64,000 bases of DNA, from positions 470,582-534,581 of the forward strand of contig NC_068991.1 in the NCBI RefSeq assembly GCF_001194135.2, written 5' to 3'. The notes under the pieces were generated by a model. That model was not told the origin of the DNA, ran no database searches, and worked only from the letters and a program-made list of their open reading frames with translations. Within the stretch, counting starts at the first letter, position 1. Each line of letters opens with the position of its first letter. Positions 1-14,504 of this stretch are shown here, piece after piece. The stretch comes from Octopus bimaculoides (lineage: Eukaryota). The translations under genes were made by a program, and so were the position numbers.

Positions 1-42
1 GATTCATTTATATATGCATACATCTATATGTACATGTCTATA

Positions 43-75
<33 letters not shown>

Positions 76-508
76 GTATATATATATTATATATGATTTT
101 TTATCGAGAGTGTAAGTATATATATGTATATGTCTCCCCTCCACCCATATATGTTGTATGTCTATAGTCATGGCTTGATCGTACGTGTATATACACACAC
201 TCACACATATGTGTGTGTGTGTTTATGCAGTGCTAATAATCTCTTCTGTGATAAATCTTCTCCAAGACAAATGTCCATGTAAAGATTCCGTTTCGTTGTT
301 ACCAAAATGTTGATATATCTCTAAACCTTGATTGGTCTTCAACAAAACCAAGTAGGAGACAGCAGTTCTAGTCGATATCAAAACCATTTCTATAAACTTC
401 CGTCCCCAATCCTCCACACTCACTCGACAAACGAGCAAAATACAAATCCTTCTCTCTGCCTCCTTCTTTTCTCCATCATCGTCATCATCGTCATCGTCAT
501 CATCATCA

Positions 509-585
<77 letters not shown>

Positions 586-1031
586 TGACTTGTATTTTTA
601 AAATGATTTCTTCGATTGCGTGGGTGGTTGTTCGATTTTTCTCTCTCAGATCTTCCAAACAAACCCACTTCATTTCCAACTTTTACATCCTTTTCTTTCA
701 CACATTTTTATTATTATTTGCTCGATTTTTAAAATTAATATTTAATACCCTGCCAATACACTTTAGATCGCCGCGTATTTCGCTTCTATTTTTATTGTTA
801 TTTTATAAACTTCCTATATATATATACATACATTTATATATACACACACATTTATATTTGTATATATATTTGTATCAGTTTTTCTCGTTGTTTTTTTTTT
901 TCTGTCTTGTAGTTGTTGTTACGTCATTTTGGTGAGGCAACACCCAAACTTAGACATTTTTGGTTCGGTAACTCTGAGTCTCACATACCACCTGCTACTC
1001 TGTTTCTAACCTCTCTTCGAATTTCTTTACT

Positions 1032-1086
<55 letters not shown>

Positions 1087-1780
1087 ACATATAAATAAAA
1101 TATTAGCATTCATTCATGCACATTTTGCATATCTATCTGTGTGTTAGTATTGCTGTGGTATGTCATTAGTCTGCTGCACATTAAAGAATTTAAGAGCAAC
1201 GGCTTCGTTAGAAATACGAAACAGATGTTCTGGGATCACAAGAACTAAGAAATAGTAGTGCTGTCGCTATTTCTGGTTGCATCATTATCGCAACCCTGAT
1301 GATGATGGTGATGATGATGATGGTCTGTGGCAGTAAGAATACTCGTTGTAATCCGCATCTATCAATTGAATATATTAGTATGTCTCGCTTCTTTCGTTGT
1401 TGTTTAGCCCCGATTGAACGTTCCAGAAGTGACCACTCTGTCTTTTAAAGAGACTAGGTGGTCTTTGAGTGAGATTTCACTGTTATTTTTGGTAGGTTTA
1501 TCGACCGCGTCCACACTTCCTCGTTATTTTAATGCCGATATTACAGTTATGTTGGTCATATCTCTTTGATATTACAGCTACATTAATATCTATTTGATAT
1601 TGCTGTTATACTGACAATATCAATTTAATATTAGTTATCTTGATATCTGTTTTATGTTGATATCCTTTCAATATCGCTGGTATATTAATGTTTTATAATA
1701 TTACAGTTATATTGATATTTGTTTAATATTACAATTATATTGAGGATATCTGTCAACTTCTGTGCAGCTGTAGCCATAGA

Positions 1781-1935
1781 GGCAGACGTGTCTGTGTGGT
1801 TAAGAATTTTACTTCTCAACCGCATGGCTTCAAGTTCACTTCCATTGCAGGGCACATTGGACAAGTGTCTACTATAAACCCCAGCCTGATCAATGCCTTG
1901 TGACGAATTTTGGTAGACAAACTGAGAGAAGCCCA
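1781..1935 (+). mobile_element. tRNA-derived SINE, family A (CORE-like ttgggcaagtg segment)
   Basis: tgtggttaag...ggttcagtcccactg...tggtagacggaaactgaaagaagccc pattern; other copies about 6105-6270(-), 11745-11905(+), 14505-14665(-), 32805-32960(-). Confidence 0.75.
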
Positions 1936-1959
1936 CTGTGACTGTACACAACACACATC

Positions 1960-2245
1960 ACTGTGTTGACCATCGGATGATGTTTTACACTGCTGATCAC
2001 AGTGCGCTTCCTCACATTGTTGTAACTTTCGAATGATGTTTCACCACCAGCTTGTGGGGCAGACCAACATTATCCGTGAGCAGAATTCCAGACCATTGCA
2101 GCGTTATCCAGTTACAGCTGGATGGACTGGAACAATGTGAAATGAAGTGTTTTGCTCAAGAACACAATGCATCACCCAGCCTGGGAATTGAAACCATAGT
2201 CTTGCAATTGTGAATGCAACACCGTAACCACTGAGCCTTGCACCT
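1960..2245 (-). mobile_element. tRNA-derived SINE, second family
   Basis: Minus strand has tRNA-like head (agtggttacggtgttg...ggtttcaattccc) then tgtgttcttgagcaaaacactt. Confidence 0.6.
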
Positions 2246-3201
2246 ACAAATATATATACACTTACATATATGCATGTATATGTGTGTGTGTGTGAATATT
2301 TCCAAGGCTCTACTTAGCCAATGTCATCCTCTCTGCCACTCAACTACAAACAGTGCTATTCCACCGTTTGTGGCTTGGCTGCAACTGGTGAAGTCTCACA
2401 ACTAGAGCCCTCAAGGCCTTCTACCTCAGCATCATTGAGGAGCTTTCTTGGGAAACACAAACACTGACTTTCCTCTGTAGAGCCAGAAAATATCTCAGCT
2501 GATGTCCACAGTGGTGTATTGTTGCTACGTCCCGAAGGTTATTGCTGTTGATATTCACACACACACACACACACACACTAGATTTCATAAAAAAAGGGGG
2601 CTCTTTGACTGGTTTTTAAAAATGGATCACAACACACTCCACATCTGACTCACAAACATACTGTCTCATCTCTCTGTCTTTTTTCTTTTGTTGCCATAGT
2701 GATGCTCCCAGCTCACCTGACTTTCCTCCTCCCCCTATTCCCCATCACACTCTCCTCTCAATTCTTTTCTTCCCAAAACATTAATCTCACTGGTCTCAGA
2801 GGACCCCTGATCATCTTCAGCATGGTTTTTCTCTTTAGACCTGTCACGGGCAGACTGCCGCCCCCAGGACTTTCAGAATGACATGCTAAATGAAAGAATT
2901 ACTTAGAATGTTTTTTTGGTCGTGCAGCCAATCTGATGATGAGCCATGTCTCACGCAACCTGCTACTTGGAAAAGGTTGCCCAGATGTGATTTTGACCAA
3001 ACTGGAAAGAAACTTGCCAAATCTCCTTCTATACTCTTACTCTTGTACGTTATGCAGCAAAGCAAGATGGTTGTGGTTTGATCAGTGTTGATCCTAAATC
3101 TACCTAAGATCTGTGGTTAAACAACAGCAATGACAAATCACCGAAAATGTTTTCTCTGTGTAAAATAGAAGACTCTAGATTCATTAGCATCTTTTTACTT
3201 T

Positions 3202-4150
3202 CATCATCATCATCATCATCGTTTAACGTCCGCTTTCCATGCTAGCATGGGTTGGACGATTTGACTGAGGACTGGTGAAACCGGATGGCAACACCAGGCT
3301 CCAGTCTGATTTGGCAGAGTTTCTACAGCTGGATGCCCTTCCTAACGCCAACCACTCAGAGAGTGTAGTGGGTGCTTTTACGTGTCACCCGCACGAAAAC
3401 GGCCACGCTCGAAATGGTGTCTTTTATGTGCCACCCGCACAAGCCAGTCCAGGGGCACTGGCAACGATCTCGCTCGAAAATCCTACAGGAGCCAGTCAGG
3501 CGGTACTGGCAACGGCCNNNNNNNNNNNNNNNNNNNNNNNNNNNNNNNNNNNNNNNNNNNNNNNNNNNNNNNNNNNNNNNNNNNNNNNNNNNNNNNNNNN
3601 NNNNNNNNNNNNNNNNNNNNNNNNNNNNNNNNNNNNNNNNNNNNNNNNNNNNNNNNNNNNNNNNNNNNNNNNNNNNNNNNNNNNNNNNNNNNNNNNNNNN
3701 NNNNNNNNNNNNNNNNNNNNNNNNNNNNNNNNNNNNNNNNNNNNNNNNNNNNNNNNNNNNNNNNNNNNNNNNNNNNNNNNNNNNNNNNNNNNNNACTGAT
3801 GCTTCTAATGTTCAGCTTTTCTCTCAAGATACTTACACTCTGACGGGTATTCACATTGACATTACACATCCAACGGAGCATACTGGCTTCATTCCTTGCG
3901 AGCTTACGTATGTCCTCAGCAGTTACAGCCCATGTTTCACTGCCATGTAGCATGGTTGTTCGTACGCATGCGTCATACAGTCTGCCTTTTACTCTGAGTG
4001 AGAGTCCCTTTGTCGCCAGCAGGGGTAAGAGCTCTCTAAACTTTGCCCAGGCTATTCTTATTCTAGCAGCTACACTTTCAGCGCACCCACCCCCACTACT
4101 AACTTGGTCGCCCAGATAGCGGAAGCTATCGACTACCTCTATCAAGACTA
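3202..4150 (-). mobile_element. 5'-truncated RTE-clade LINE (RT C-terminus plus 3' UTR and (GAT)n tail), interrupted by a gap
   Basis: Minus-strand ORF VDSFRYLGDQVSSGGGCAESVAARIRIAWAKFRELLPLL...LHGSETW is typical RTE RT; (CAT)n at 3202-3219 on +. Confidence 0.88.
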
Positions 4151-4639
4151 AATCTTCAAATATCTCTTTTACATTCTTTAGGTTTGTTCTCAGAAGCTGC
4201 ATGAGAAAGTAGTTTTGGTGAAGAGCATCGTGCTTTGCCATTTACTCTTTTCTGTGAAATAATCAGTTTCTCTTGTTATCGTTAATGTTCTGTTCCCACT
4301 TTTATTTACTGCAAGCGTCTGAAATATCATTAACACCTGGCAATGTTGCACTAACGAATGCCTGATGTCTTTTGAAGTAATCACTCACGTCAGTCAGAAA
4401 TATTGCTTGTGAAAACAGGTTGTTTCCTGTTTGTTCTGTTTAATACATCAAATCGACAAGGGGATCTTCTATGTGGTTGTAAAACTTGCTAAAAATATCA
4501 GCCAGTTTCCCTCAAATTACACTTTGCTATGTTAGAAAAGGAAATACAATGGAATGATCACACCTAAACAACAATTTATTGACACTAAATGCTGGACTGC
4601 ATTTAAATCCATTAATTCACCCCAAATGACCATTTGGGG

Positions 4640-4815
4640 TGAATTTCATCCACCTTTATGTTCTGAGTTCAAATTTCACTGAGGTCGACTTTGCCTTTCA
4701 TCCTTTCAGGGTTGATGAAATAAGTACCAGTTATGCACTGGGGTCAATGTAATCGACCCCCCCCCCAAAAAAAAATTTCAGGCCTTGTGCCTTTAGTAGA
4801 AAGGATTATTATTTA
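4640..4815 (+). mobile_element. SINE family B with Meta-domain-like core
   Basis: ttctgagttcaaat...gactttgcctttcatcctttc.gggtcgataaaataagtaccag; many copies, e.g. about 5215-5400, 23890-24200, 41820-41950, 48470-48620, 49990-50140, 51575-51790, 56930-57100, 58730-59190, 60117-60260. Confidence 0.75.
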
Positions 4816-7800
4816 ACTGATCAATGGCATAGAGTCACTAAAGCAACTGGGCAGACTATCTTACCTTGTTTAGTTACAGTCTTCGATGTTCTGAGCTCAA
4901 ATCTCACTGTGGTCAACTCTGCACTTTAAGGTTGATAACATGAATAATAATAATAAAAGCTTAATTTATTTGGCCCTCATATTCTTCCCAAAATTTCTGC
5001 CCTTGTTCCTGTGTTAGAAATCCTTTGATATTTTTTCAGTTCTGCCAAACCAACAAACTAACTTACAACTAGTTTTTACTGAACATTCTTCCTCACCATA
5101 AAAGGTGTGCAAGGGAGGGCTGTGACATTGTTGATACATTTTATAACAACAATGGTGACTTCCATGTTTTAATAATAGCTATGTTGTTCTTAATATGTGA
5201 GTGAACTCATTAGCTTGTGGGGCAAAGTGCTTAGCCGGGTTTTGTCTGAGTTCAAATTCCACCAAGGTTGACTTTGCTTTTCATCCTTTCGAGGGGGAGC
5301 GATAAAATAAGTACAAGTCAGGCACTGGGGTCAAAGTAATTGACTTAACCCCTTCCACCAAAATTTCTGGCTCTGTGCCAAAATTTGAAACCATTATATC
5401 TGAAAGAGGACTGTAATCTCATTATTATTTAATAACTGAATATTTTCTTAGTATGTATATGAGAGAGAGGATTGCAGTTTCCTAAAAATATTTTAATATA
5501 TTTTGCTGTTAATTGCAAATTGTTGAATATGAAAGACAACACTCATTATGGGTTTTACGACAAAGCAAGTGACAATGTGGTGAGTTGACCATTTTTGAAA
5601 ATAGCATTTGGTCGTGGGTGGAATGGTGAAATATTTTGGAAATAATGTTTTCATGAGGATTTAGTTTAAATATAGTTTCATTTCAGATCTCTTCTATAGT
5701 TGAGTCACAAAAACAAAAAAGCCACCATTCAAAGCATAATTAACTATTTACGATATAAATACAATAATATCATCAAGACTCTTTTGTGAGCCACATTCTT
5801 TTCTTATTTGGAAATATGGCTCACAGCTACTGGTTTGTTCATTTGATATGTGCTTTCTGTGCCAGTTGGGGTTTGGTGGAGACATTTTTGAGACAGGATT
5901 TTGCCACCAGATGCACTTCCTGTCACCAACCCTTACAGATTTTTTTTTATTCCACAGTTCTTCAAAAGTACAAACCAACCCAAGATTAATGTCATTGAGG
6001 AATGTCGACACTCATCCAAAGTCATGGGGTGGTGGTGGGGGGTCAGCATTTATACATGCATGTATACACACACACACACATGTTCATGTGCATATATCTG
6101 TGTGTGTGTGTGTGTGTGTGTGTGTGAAGAGCTTCCTACAGCTTCCGTCTACCAGATTTCCTAACAAGGCATTGGTCAGGCTGGAGCTATTGAAGAAGAC
6201 ACTTACCACAGGTGCCACACAGTGGAATGAAATTTATTATTTTGTGGCTGTAAAGTGAGCTCCGTAACCAACCATGGTAGAAATTCCTATCCCAGAATTC
6301 TTCTTTTGCAACCACAAACTAATAACAAAAACTGTTTACTGTTGTTCAGCTTGCTAGAAATAGCAGCCAAACTTCCTTTGACATCATTTTTACTAGTTAA
6401 ATAAAAAGGAAGGCCATATTGGATAATGTTGTCTTGGATATTCTGTGCTGAAGAAAAATATGAGAATCAAAGAATCTCTATGATCATAGGTGTGTCTACT
6501 TGATCAGGTCTGACCTAGGGCTAAATTAGTTCTGCTGCAACTACTACGTGTTTGAGAAAGGTGTTATCATTCTATCCAAGCTGGGGTTTTTTGTTTTTGT
6601 TTTTAATCCTTCAAAAACTTTTAAATTTGAAATAATTTTAATATTTGCATTTATAGTTTTGGTTGTTGTTATTTTCCTGCAGCTGACTTGTTTTGTGGGT
6701 TAATGATTTCTGCAAGCTGTAGGTATTTCCTTGTTACCAGAAAGGGTAGATATTAAATATTCATAATGGACAACTGGAAGAATGGCTTTCTTAGTTGTGA
6801 CATTGTCTATAGAACTCCTCTCTCTCTCTCTCTGGCATTTAAGGCAGTAAAGTTAGGAATAGATTTAAAGATTTTTTTTTTTAATTGTCCTCACAAAATT
6901 GGCAAAGAACCAATGAAATGGTATTAAAGTGTGTGTTTCTGTGTGTCATAAAACCATTGCTGTGTGGCACCAGTGGCTGCAGCAGCAGTAGTGGTAGTAG
7001 TAATAGTAGTAGTAGTTTGGAATGTTCATGCAAAAAGAAGAGTGAATTGAAGAGGTTTAAGTCACAATTGGTGTCTTTAATGTGTAGGGGGTAAAGTGGT
7101 GACGAGGGGTGATGATATTTTGTGAAGATGAGAGAAGTTTGGTTGGGCAGCAGTTAGAGGCAGAAATGATATTAGTGGCAAGGCTTGTGTGGTTTGTGAC
7201 TTTTGGGGACAAAGTTGATGGAGGAAATTCCAAGTAATGTTACAATGTGGTTACAAGACCCCAAGGGTTTAGGAGAAGACAAGGTCCCATACTGTGGAGA
7301 AACTTCTCTCAGTTCACTTATGTCATCTTGTAATTCTTGGTTAGCATCATCCATTTAGCTATTAGTGCTATTTAATTACCAAAGTCTTTCTGTAATTTAG
7401 TCCTTCCCTAAATATTTGGGTCATTATCATTTAACTCCATATCAGCCTTCAATCCAGTAGATTGAGGATGGAAAGTATTCCAACCATAAGCATCCCATCT
7501 CCTATCCTATGATAGCTACAACATTATTTTTTCTCTAAGATTCTAAGGTGTTGCAGGAGATTTAGCTTCTGTTTCCAGCAAGTTGAACAACTGCACCAAA
7601 GTTCTGTTGCTGACTTGTAAAACATTGCAGTCTCCTTCATTATCCCCAAAACATGAAACCATTAAATAAAGTTTATTTCCATTGTTACAACAACTCTGTC
7701 AATTGTTAAATGACTATTTGTAACAAAAGTTGTTTTAAGAGTTATGTTGGGTCAGTGACTTGTTTTCCAGTGCAAAGTTGAAATATTTTGTCTACTTGAA

Positions 7801-10269
7801 AAGTTGTTAAGTACCGTTCGGCACTTGGCTGAAAACTACTTGTCTCTGTTGTGAGGAAGTGTCCAACTCGAGGACAAACTGTCTTCCATTAATAGCCACT
7901 GTCCAGAAGAAAGCTTCTAGGCTGGGCCATACTTAATGACTGTATTAATTAAAGAGTTGTTTTCTTGGATAATTTGGTTGCTGTTAATTTTAGTTTTTTT
8001 CTGCTGGAAATGCAGATCAGGTTTCAAGATTAGCCTGTGTTTTCTTCCTCCAAGCAGATACATAAATTTGTGGTATCAGAGACATGGACGCCAAGTGTTA
8101 TAGCCATGTGCGATTTACTTCATACATAAATAAGTTGTTAATAACCAATTGCCAACTCTCTCTCATTTCACATGACTTACTAACAACAATTTCTCTCTGT
8201 CTTTTTCATCTCTTCTCATCACCACAGACAGCTTTTATTCGTTATCTCTGATACATTCCTCTCATATTTTAACATTTTTTTAATTGCCTCAGTCAGTAAT
8301 GTGATAAACAAAGTGTGCTTCTTAGTTACACCCCTTTATGTTCTGAATTCAGTTCCTGTCACCATCAACCTTTACCTTCCGTCCTAAGGTGGTATACTTG
8401 ATTGTCTCNNNNNNNNNNNNNNNNNNNNNNNNNNNNNNNNNNNNNNNNNNNNNNNNNNNNNNNNNNNNNNNNNNNNNNNNNNNNGTCTAAATTATAATTC
8501 TTCTCCCTAAATCCCTTAACAACATCTAATTAACATTTATTTTGAAAAATTTTTCAAAAGATTTTCTGAAAACGTTTTGATAAGAACAAGTCTTTAAAAA
8601 TTTATTTTAATTTTTTTTACCAATTCTGCTATTCTTAGAATATGATAATCATAAAATGTGTTACATTAAAAATGTGGTTTATAAAATTGGTCTTGCAATT
8701 ACTTACAACTTCTGACTGGTCAATTCCTAAGAATCAACAAATTTTTTTTTTTTTCCATCTTCTAAACAACTACATACTTTCAAAAGACAATGGTTCCTTT
8801 TGTCAAATTTTATTGAAGAGACCAAATATAGAAGACATTTTTCACTGTAATGCTTTACTGGTACTTATTTTATGAATTCAACACTGTTGAAACACATCCT
8901 TTTTTATTTTTGTTAATTTAAAAAAATAATGAAGAATATAGTAAAAATAATTTGTCTTTATTAAACTGATGTTTGGAACATGAATTAAACTGAAATTTTA
9001 CTGGGAAATTTCAATCATTTTAAAATAGGAAGGTTGTCCCATAGAACCAAGGATGGTCTCAGACAGGTTGGTCTGAAATGGATTAAACAAAGATGAATTC
9101 CTTTCTACTGACTTTGCTATCTCCATTATTGCCAGTGATTAACGATGTGATGACCCAATTGCTAATGTAATGGTCAACCTCAATAAAACAATACTTTCAG
9201 CATGAAACTCTCGATGGAATGCAAATTGGTTGGCCAGGTCCACCTCCAGTTCAGTTGTCATGATCAAGTTGTGTGATTCTTGCAGAAGTCTCAACTCTCA
9301 AGTTGGTGCAACTGCAAGTGGCCAGTCTGCCATTTTAATTTAAATTGCAATATTGGACTTCTGTTGGGACAACAGCTGCATATTTCTGAGCACGGCATTT
9401 CATCACCCCTGCCCACTTATATTGTAACATGCCAAGTTAGAACAAACAATTTAATGAGAGTAGGTGCTAGTACAAAGTGTTAAAACAAAACTCCCACAAG
9501 CTGACTCGTGATATGATAGCCTTGTCTCACATACATACTCACACCATTTGTCTTTCAAAGAAACCATTGAAAAGGCAAACTAATTCAGAGTTATTCTCTT
9601 TTAAAATAGAACTACCACTGGATTTAAGCATCTTTTGTCTGTCTGATCAATAGAAACTGTCACCTGATTTAACAATTATAGAATCATTGTTCTGTCAATG
9701 TATTGGAATTCTTTCAAACTGTCAACAAGACTCAGAATGGTGTGGAGTATTCAGTCTTTATTAGTATATCTATTATGTAGACCATTTTTAAGTATCAATT
9801 TATGACAGAGAATATATACTTCTATAAGAGTTGAACCCTGTATCCATTGCTGTCCACTTGGCTGTGTTACCAGTTACATAGGTGAAAGCCTGCCATTTCA
9901 ACACATAAAATTAAGATATATCCATTCATTTGTTCACTTTTGCATCTATTTTACCATGTTGGCATGGGTTAGAGGGATATTCCTGAGACATTGTTTTTAC
10001 AGTCAGATGCTCTTCCTTTCACCAACCTTTATCAGTTTTTCAAATAAGAGATCTCTTATGTTTCCAATATGGATGCAGTTGATTCACTGTAAGAATGCTT
10101 GTGAAATAAATTCTTTCAACTGCTTAAGAGGTCCCTAGATGTAGTTGATAGCTTTTCTTGCCATGGAGACATGATTAGCAGTGAAGGAGTTTGTTTCAAG
10201 AGGAGAGCAGCCAACATCTAAATAGAATGGAAAAGTCCAGAGAGTTCTAAGCTCTGCTGGCAATGGAGG

Positions 10270-10685
10270 GTTTCTCCCTGCAAGTAAAGTGCAAATCGTC
10301 TGATGTTAGAAGAACAAGATAATTGAATACAGAGAATGGGCCAAGCTGCAGAGGATGTGTAAGTATTATAGTGTGTAGAGGATGACAGTAACACAGTTGA
10401 TAGACAAACTGGGCCTAAGAAGAATTAGATATAGTGATGAAAGAGAGGAGACTGAGGCACAACATGTGTGTTGGTATGTGTGTAGAGGATGACAGGTAGA
10501 AAAAAGACCCAAATGGAAGGAACCTATGGGATAGGAAGACCAAGGAAGACATGAAAATTTGGTTAAAGCTCATGTCAGACTGAACTACACAAAAGGGACA
10601 GAGGACTACTATAAGTGGTGACGTGCTTTGTTGGATATGACCAAGCCAACTATGGAAGAATGGGTGTCAAATAACTATGGTGATA
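10270..10685 (+). mobile_element. Degenerate RTE LINE 3' fragment
   Basis: Contains gggataggaagaccaaggaagacatg (GRPRKTW-like) and a decayed tail resembling the other RTE copies. Confidence 0.5.
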
Positions 10686-11601
10686 GTTTAGGTAAAGAAT
10701 CACCAGAGATGAATGATTCTGGTTTAACCCACAACACCATTGAGTGAGAGTCTTTCATTCATTGCCCAACTGAAACTATTATGTCACCAGCTCCTAAGGT
10801 ATGTGCTTCACTGTGGTTGGTAACTTTTTTTATTAGTGTTGTTGCACTGCTGCAGACTGGCGTTTTGGATATACCTGTGCCAAATTCCAGATAATAACAT
10901 CTGCAAATACTTCATTATCTCTTCATTTATCTTTAGTAAGTCTTCATGGGTTCAAGAACAGTTTTTAGTTTAATGCCATAATACTATCAAGAACATACTA
11001 CAAGTAAAGAATGTCATCTGTCTCATCTGGTGCCACAAATTGCAAACTCTAAATCTTTGACTTCTTTCTACCCACTCAGTCAGTGATTCATGGGATGAGG
11101 TTCATGGCATTTAGTTCTGAGTTCAAATGACATTGAGGTCAACTTCACCTTTCATCTCTCCACGGTCAATAAAATACCAACCAGTCAAGTACTGAGATTG
11201 ATTTAATCAACAAATCCTACCCAATATTACAAACAACTTTTGTTGTTACATCACTGTCGAGTGGTTCTATTGATTTACCAATGGCATATTCTGTGACAAC
11301 AGCATTAATTCTCTCCACAAATGTTTCCAACACTCCTGGGCAGAACTAGGAGAAAACTGAGACTATTAAAGTGTTGCACGTGACCGTTGACAAGTGCTTC
11401 AATAAGATCTAATCCAATCACTGAAGTGCTAACATTTTAATCCTGATTAGTTGATTAGTTCCTGTAAGCCGTCATAAATTTCCCCAATGTCTTTGTGGGG
11501 AATAAACTGTGTCTCCTAGTTTAAATTTAAGCAGAGGCCCAGATATATCCAGCAGTGAACTAATGGCATCATAGTGTACACATACACGCACACACACACT
11601 T

Positions 11602-11708
11602 CATCATCATCATCATCATCGTTTAACGTCCGCTTTCCATGCTAGCATGGGTTGGACGATTTGACTGAGGACTGGTGAAACCGGATGGCAACACCAGGCT
11701 CCAGTCTG
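11602..11708 (-). mobile_element. RTE 3' tail fragment
   Basis: Matches 3202-3308 base for base by eye, with (CAT)n tail. Confidence 0.85.
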
Positions 11709-14504
11709 TTGTAAATATATGCATTGGAAGGATGCAGTTGTGTGTGTGTGTGAACATGGCTCTGGTTAAGAAGGTCACTTTGCTATCATGTTTTCGGTTC
11801 AGTCCCACTGTGTGGCATGTATAGTCTTCTACTATAGCCCTGCTTTGATTAATGCTTTGTGAATGAATTTGGTTGACAGAAACTGTGTGGAAGCCTATGA
11901 CAAGGGTTTGGAGTGGCTTGTTGTTTTTGACTTGAGTCAGGAATTCTGGTAACCTGCAATTTCTTCTAAACATAACACAAATTATAGAAAGGAACTGTAT
12001 ATATGTATATACACACTGTAATTTGTGATTAATAGTGTGCTATATATTATAAATATTTCCAGCAACAATAACTGGTCTCAGACATATTTTGTGGTTGGTT
12101 GTCTTGGAGACCTTAGTGATGGAATTGTTGTTGGTAAATAGATTTGGTTCAGAGTAAAATGAGATTTTGTAGTTTTGTAATATGTTTAATGGTCACAGAG
12201 TGACGGCAATTTCAGTAAAGATGTTATATGTATGTGTGCGCGTGCACGCACACACACACACATACATACAGGCATGTGCACAAAGACAGTGACAGTAGCA
12301 GAGTAATAGGAAGTGGACTGAGGTGTAGGAGGGGAGGTCACATACTCTAACAGAATGGTATGTGATTATATGTGTGGGAAGTAGGGCATGTCCTATTAAA
12401 GCTGCTGGTGTTAATCCTTGTAATTATGTCAAGATTTATGTGTGTGTGTGTGTTTCATTGTTTATTTGTGTCTTTGGAATTTCATACATAGACCCATATA
12501 TAAGTGTATGCATGTAGCGTATAGGATGTATATACATGTTTAATGTCTCTTGGTTTTGTAGAAATAATTATTCTTTCTTCCATTATGAGCATCTCTTCTT
12601 TCTATTTCCTCTCCAAGCTTATTTCTTCTTCTTCTCCATGTTGTAGTCTCTCTCTTTCTCTCATTACTTTCCCCACAACTATCTTCCTCCCTCTCTTTCT
12701 CTCTTAGACACACACACACATGGAAGCTGTCAATCCTTGTATAGAGTATGATGACATTAAGCATTTCCATTCTCTTTGCTCTTAAGATGTAAACCCCCCC
12801 CCCNNNNNNNNNNNCCCGGTCAATGAGCAAAATATGCCCCAGTCACTGATGGCAGGGCCAGACCAAGCCTCCACTCCTTATACCCTGACACTACTTCAAC
12901 AGATGAAGTAGCTGGGCCAGTGATTGGACAATTGTCATTTCTCTCCCTTCTCAGCCCTCATCAAGCAGGAAACTATGGAAGTGGTGGTATTTGATTGTTG
13001 TGAACCCAAATTTTACGTTGACTACCATGGTGAAAGGTCCATTGGCCGTGGGTTCAAGAAGTTAGAGCCTTCACTTGCACTGGAAAAGAAAACAAGTGCA
13101 AAATGAGCCAACATGAAAAGCATTACAATGATGGACATTTATGTGACATGGGTGTTACTCAATGTGTGGAACAAGTGTTACTTAATGTACGGCATGAGTG
13201 TTACTTAATAATTATTGTCTGTTTGACAGACATCTGCACTCATCAGCCAATAACTTGTTTGATTTGTTGAGCTCTCTTGTCAGGATTCATTGGCTCAACA
13301 AGCATAGCTTTAACTGAAGAGACACAAAATAAGGTTGAAACACCACATACATCAGCCAAAGGGAAGAAGTGTTCTTCAATGGGAGTCTGCTCTAATCTGC
13401 AGGAAGCATCTGAAGACTTTTTTCTTCTGATTTGGTGACAGGGGATGAAACATGGGAGTCCTTCATGTTGCCAATCTTCACCTATTTCAAGCCAGGTATT
13501 TTTTTCCCCCCAGTCAGACATGTTTCCATGGACGATTGGAAACGGACAACAAAATTTGTTTGATGATGTCGATCATCACCATTTGTAGTTATGGCTTTGA
13601 CACCAAGACAAGGAGACACACACCACACATCTGCATGGACACACGCACATGCACACGCACATACATATACAACAGACTTCTTTCAGCTTCTGTCTATCAA
13701 ATCCATTCACAATTATCTCTCTCTCTCTCTCTCTCTCTTTCTATATATATATATAATTTCCCAAACTTATTCCTCACCAATTTCTACAGTATGTGGTGCT
13801 CTGAAATAACCTTATCTTTAACCATAGTTGCCGCTAGAGACAGGATTTCCTGTAACTAATAATTTTTGTAATTTACAACATTTTTACTTTCTATTCCATA
13901 CATAAATTAGTTCACTTTTTCTTTTTTTTTATCTGTTTATTTCTGACAGCATCATTTAAATATTTTGTCTTCATCATTGTCAGTATTTAACCCTCATTAT
14001 TAGTGTGTAGCCATTGTTACTTGTATCTCACCATCTTATCTTCATTACTATTAGTATTTAGCTATCACTACTAATAATAGTTATTTTAACATCCACCTTA
14101 ATTTTAGCCCCAGGTCAGTCCTAACAACTCAGCAGGCCAATGGACATTTGTTTTGTTATGTCTTTTAAAGTTATTTGATATTGTGTGAGTTCTACAACAA
14201 ATGTTGGGAGATTTCTAGGTTACAGGCAAAGCTACCGTATTTACCCGGCATATAGGATAACCTTTTTATTTTTCCCTTTTAAAATGTCTCAAAGCATTGC
14301 TTTATGTCTAATGTGGCACAGTAGGATGGAAAACCAATTGTTGTCGGCTCATGAACTGGTAGAGCATAAGTGTACTTGCTACAATCATTTTTGCTAATGA
14401 TAAGCACAAATTTACAAAAAATTGCTTACAGTGCCTCAAGTAGTTATGTGGGAAGCTTTCAGCATATATTAGCCACACCTGATGTGTTGTACATTATTCA
14501 GTTT

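Noticed and set aside
4-1098. ORFs rich in IY, CV, HT and poly-I (and similar ORFs across the window)
   Set aside because: Translations of microsatellites or N gaps, not proteins.
1685-1954. Minus ORF containing AQKLTDILNIIVILNK, superficially like the Nap1 N-terminus
   Set aside because: Wrong strand, overlaps a SINE and low-complexity AT sequence, and lacks NDRG/GML/YNIKK.
3275-3517. ORF MKPDGNTRLQSDLAEF..., repeated at 25722-26444
   Set aside because: Antisense reading of the RTE 3' UTR.
13950-13982. 33-nt in-frame segment (HHLNILSSSLS) after a strong acceptor in intron 1
   Set aside because: Donor tca|gtattt is poor and the sequence is low complexity; no other support.
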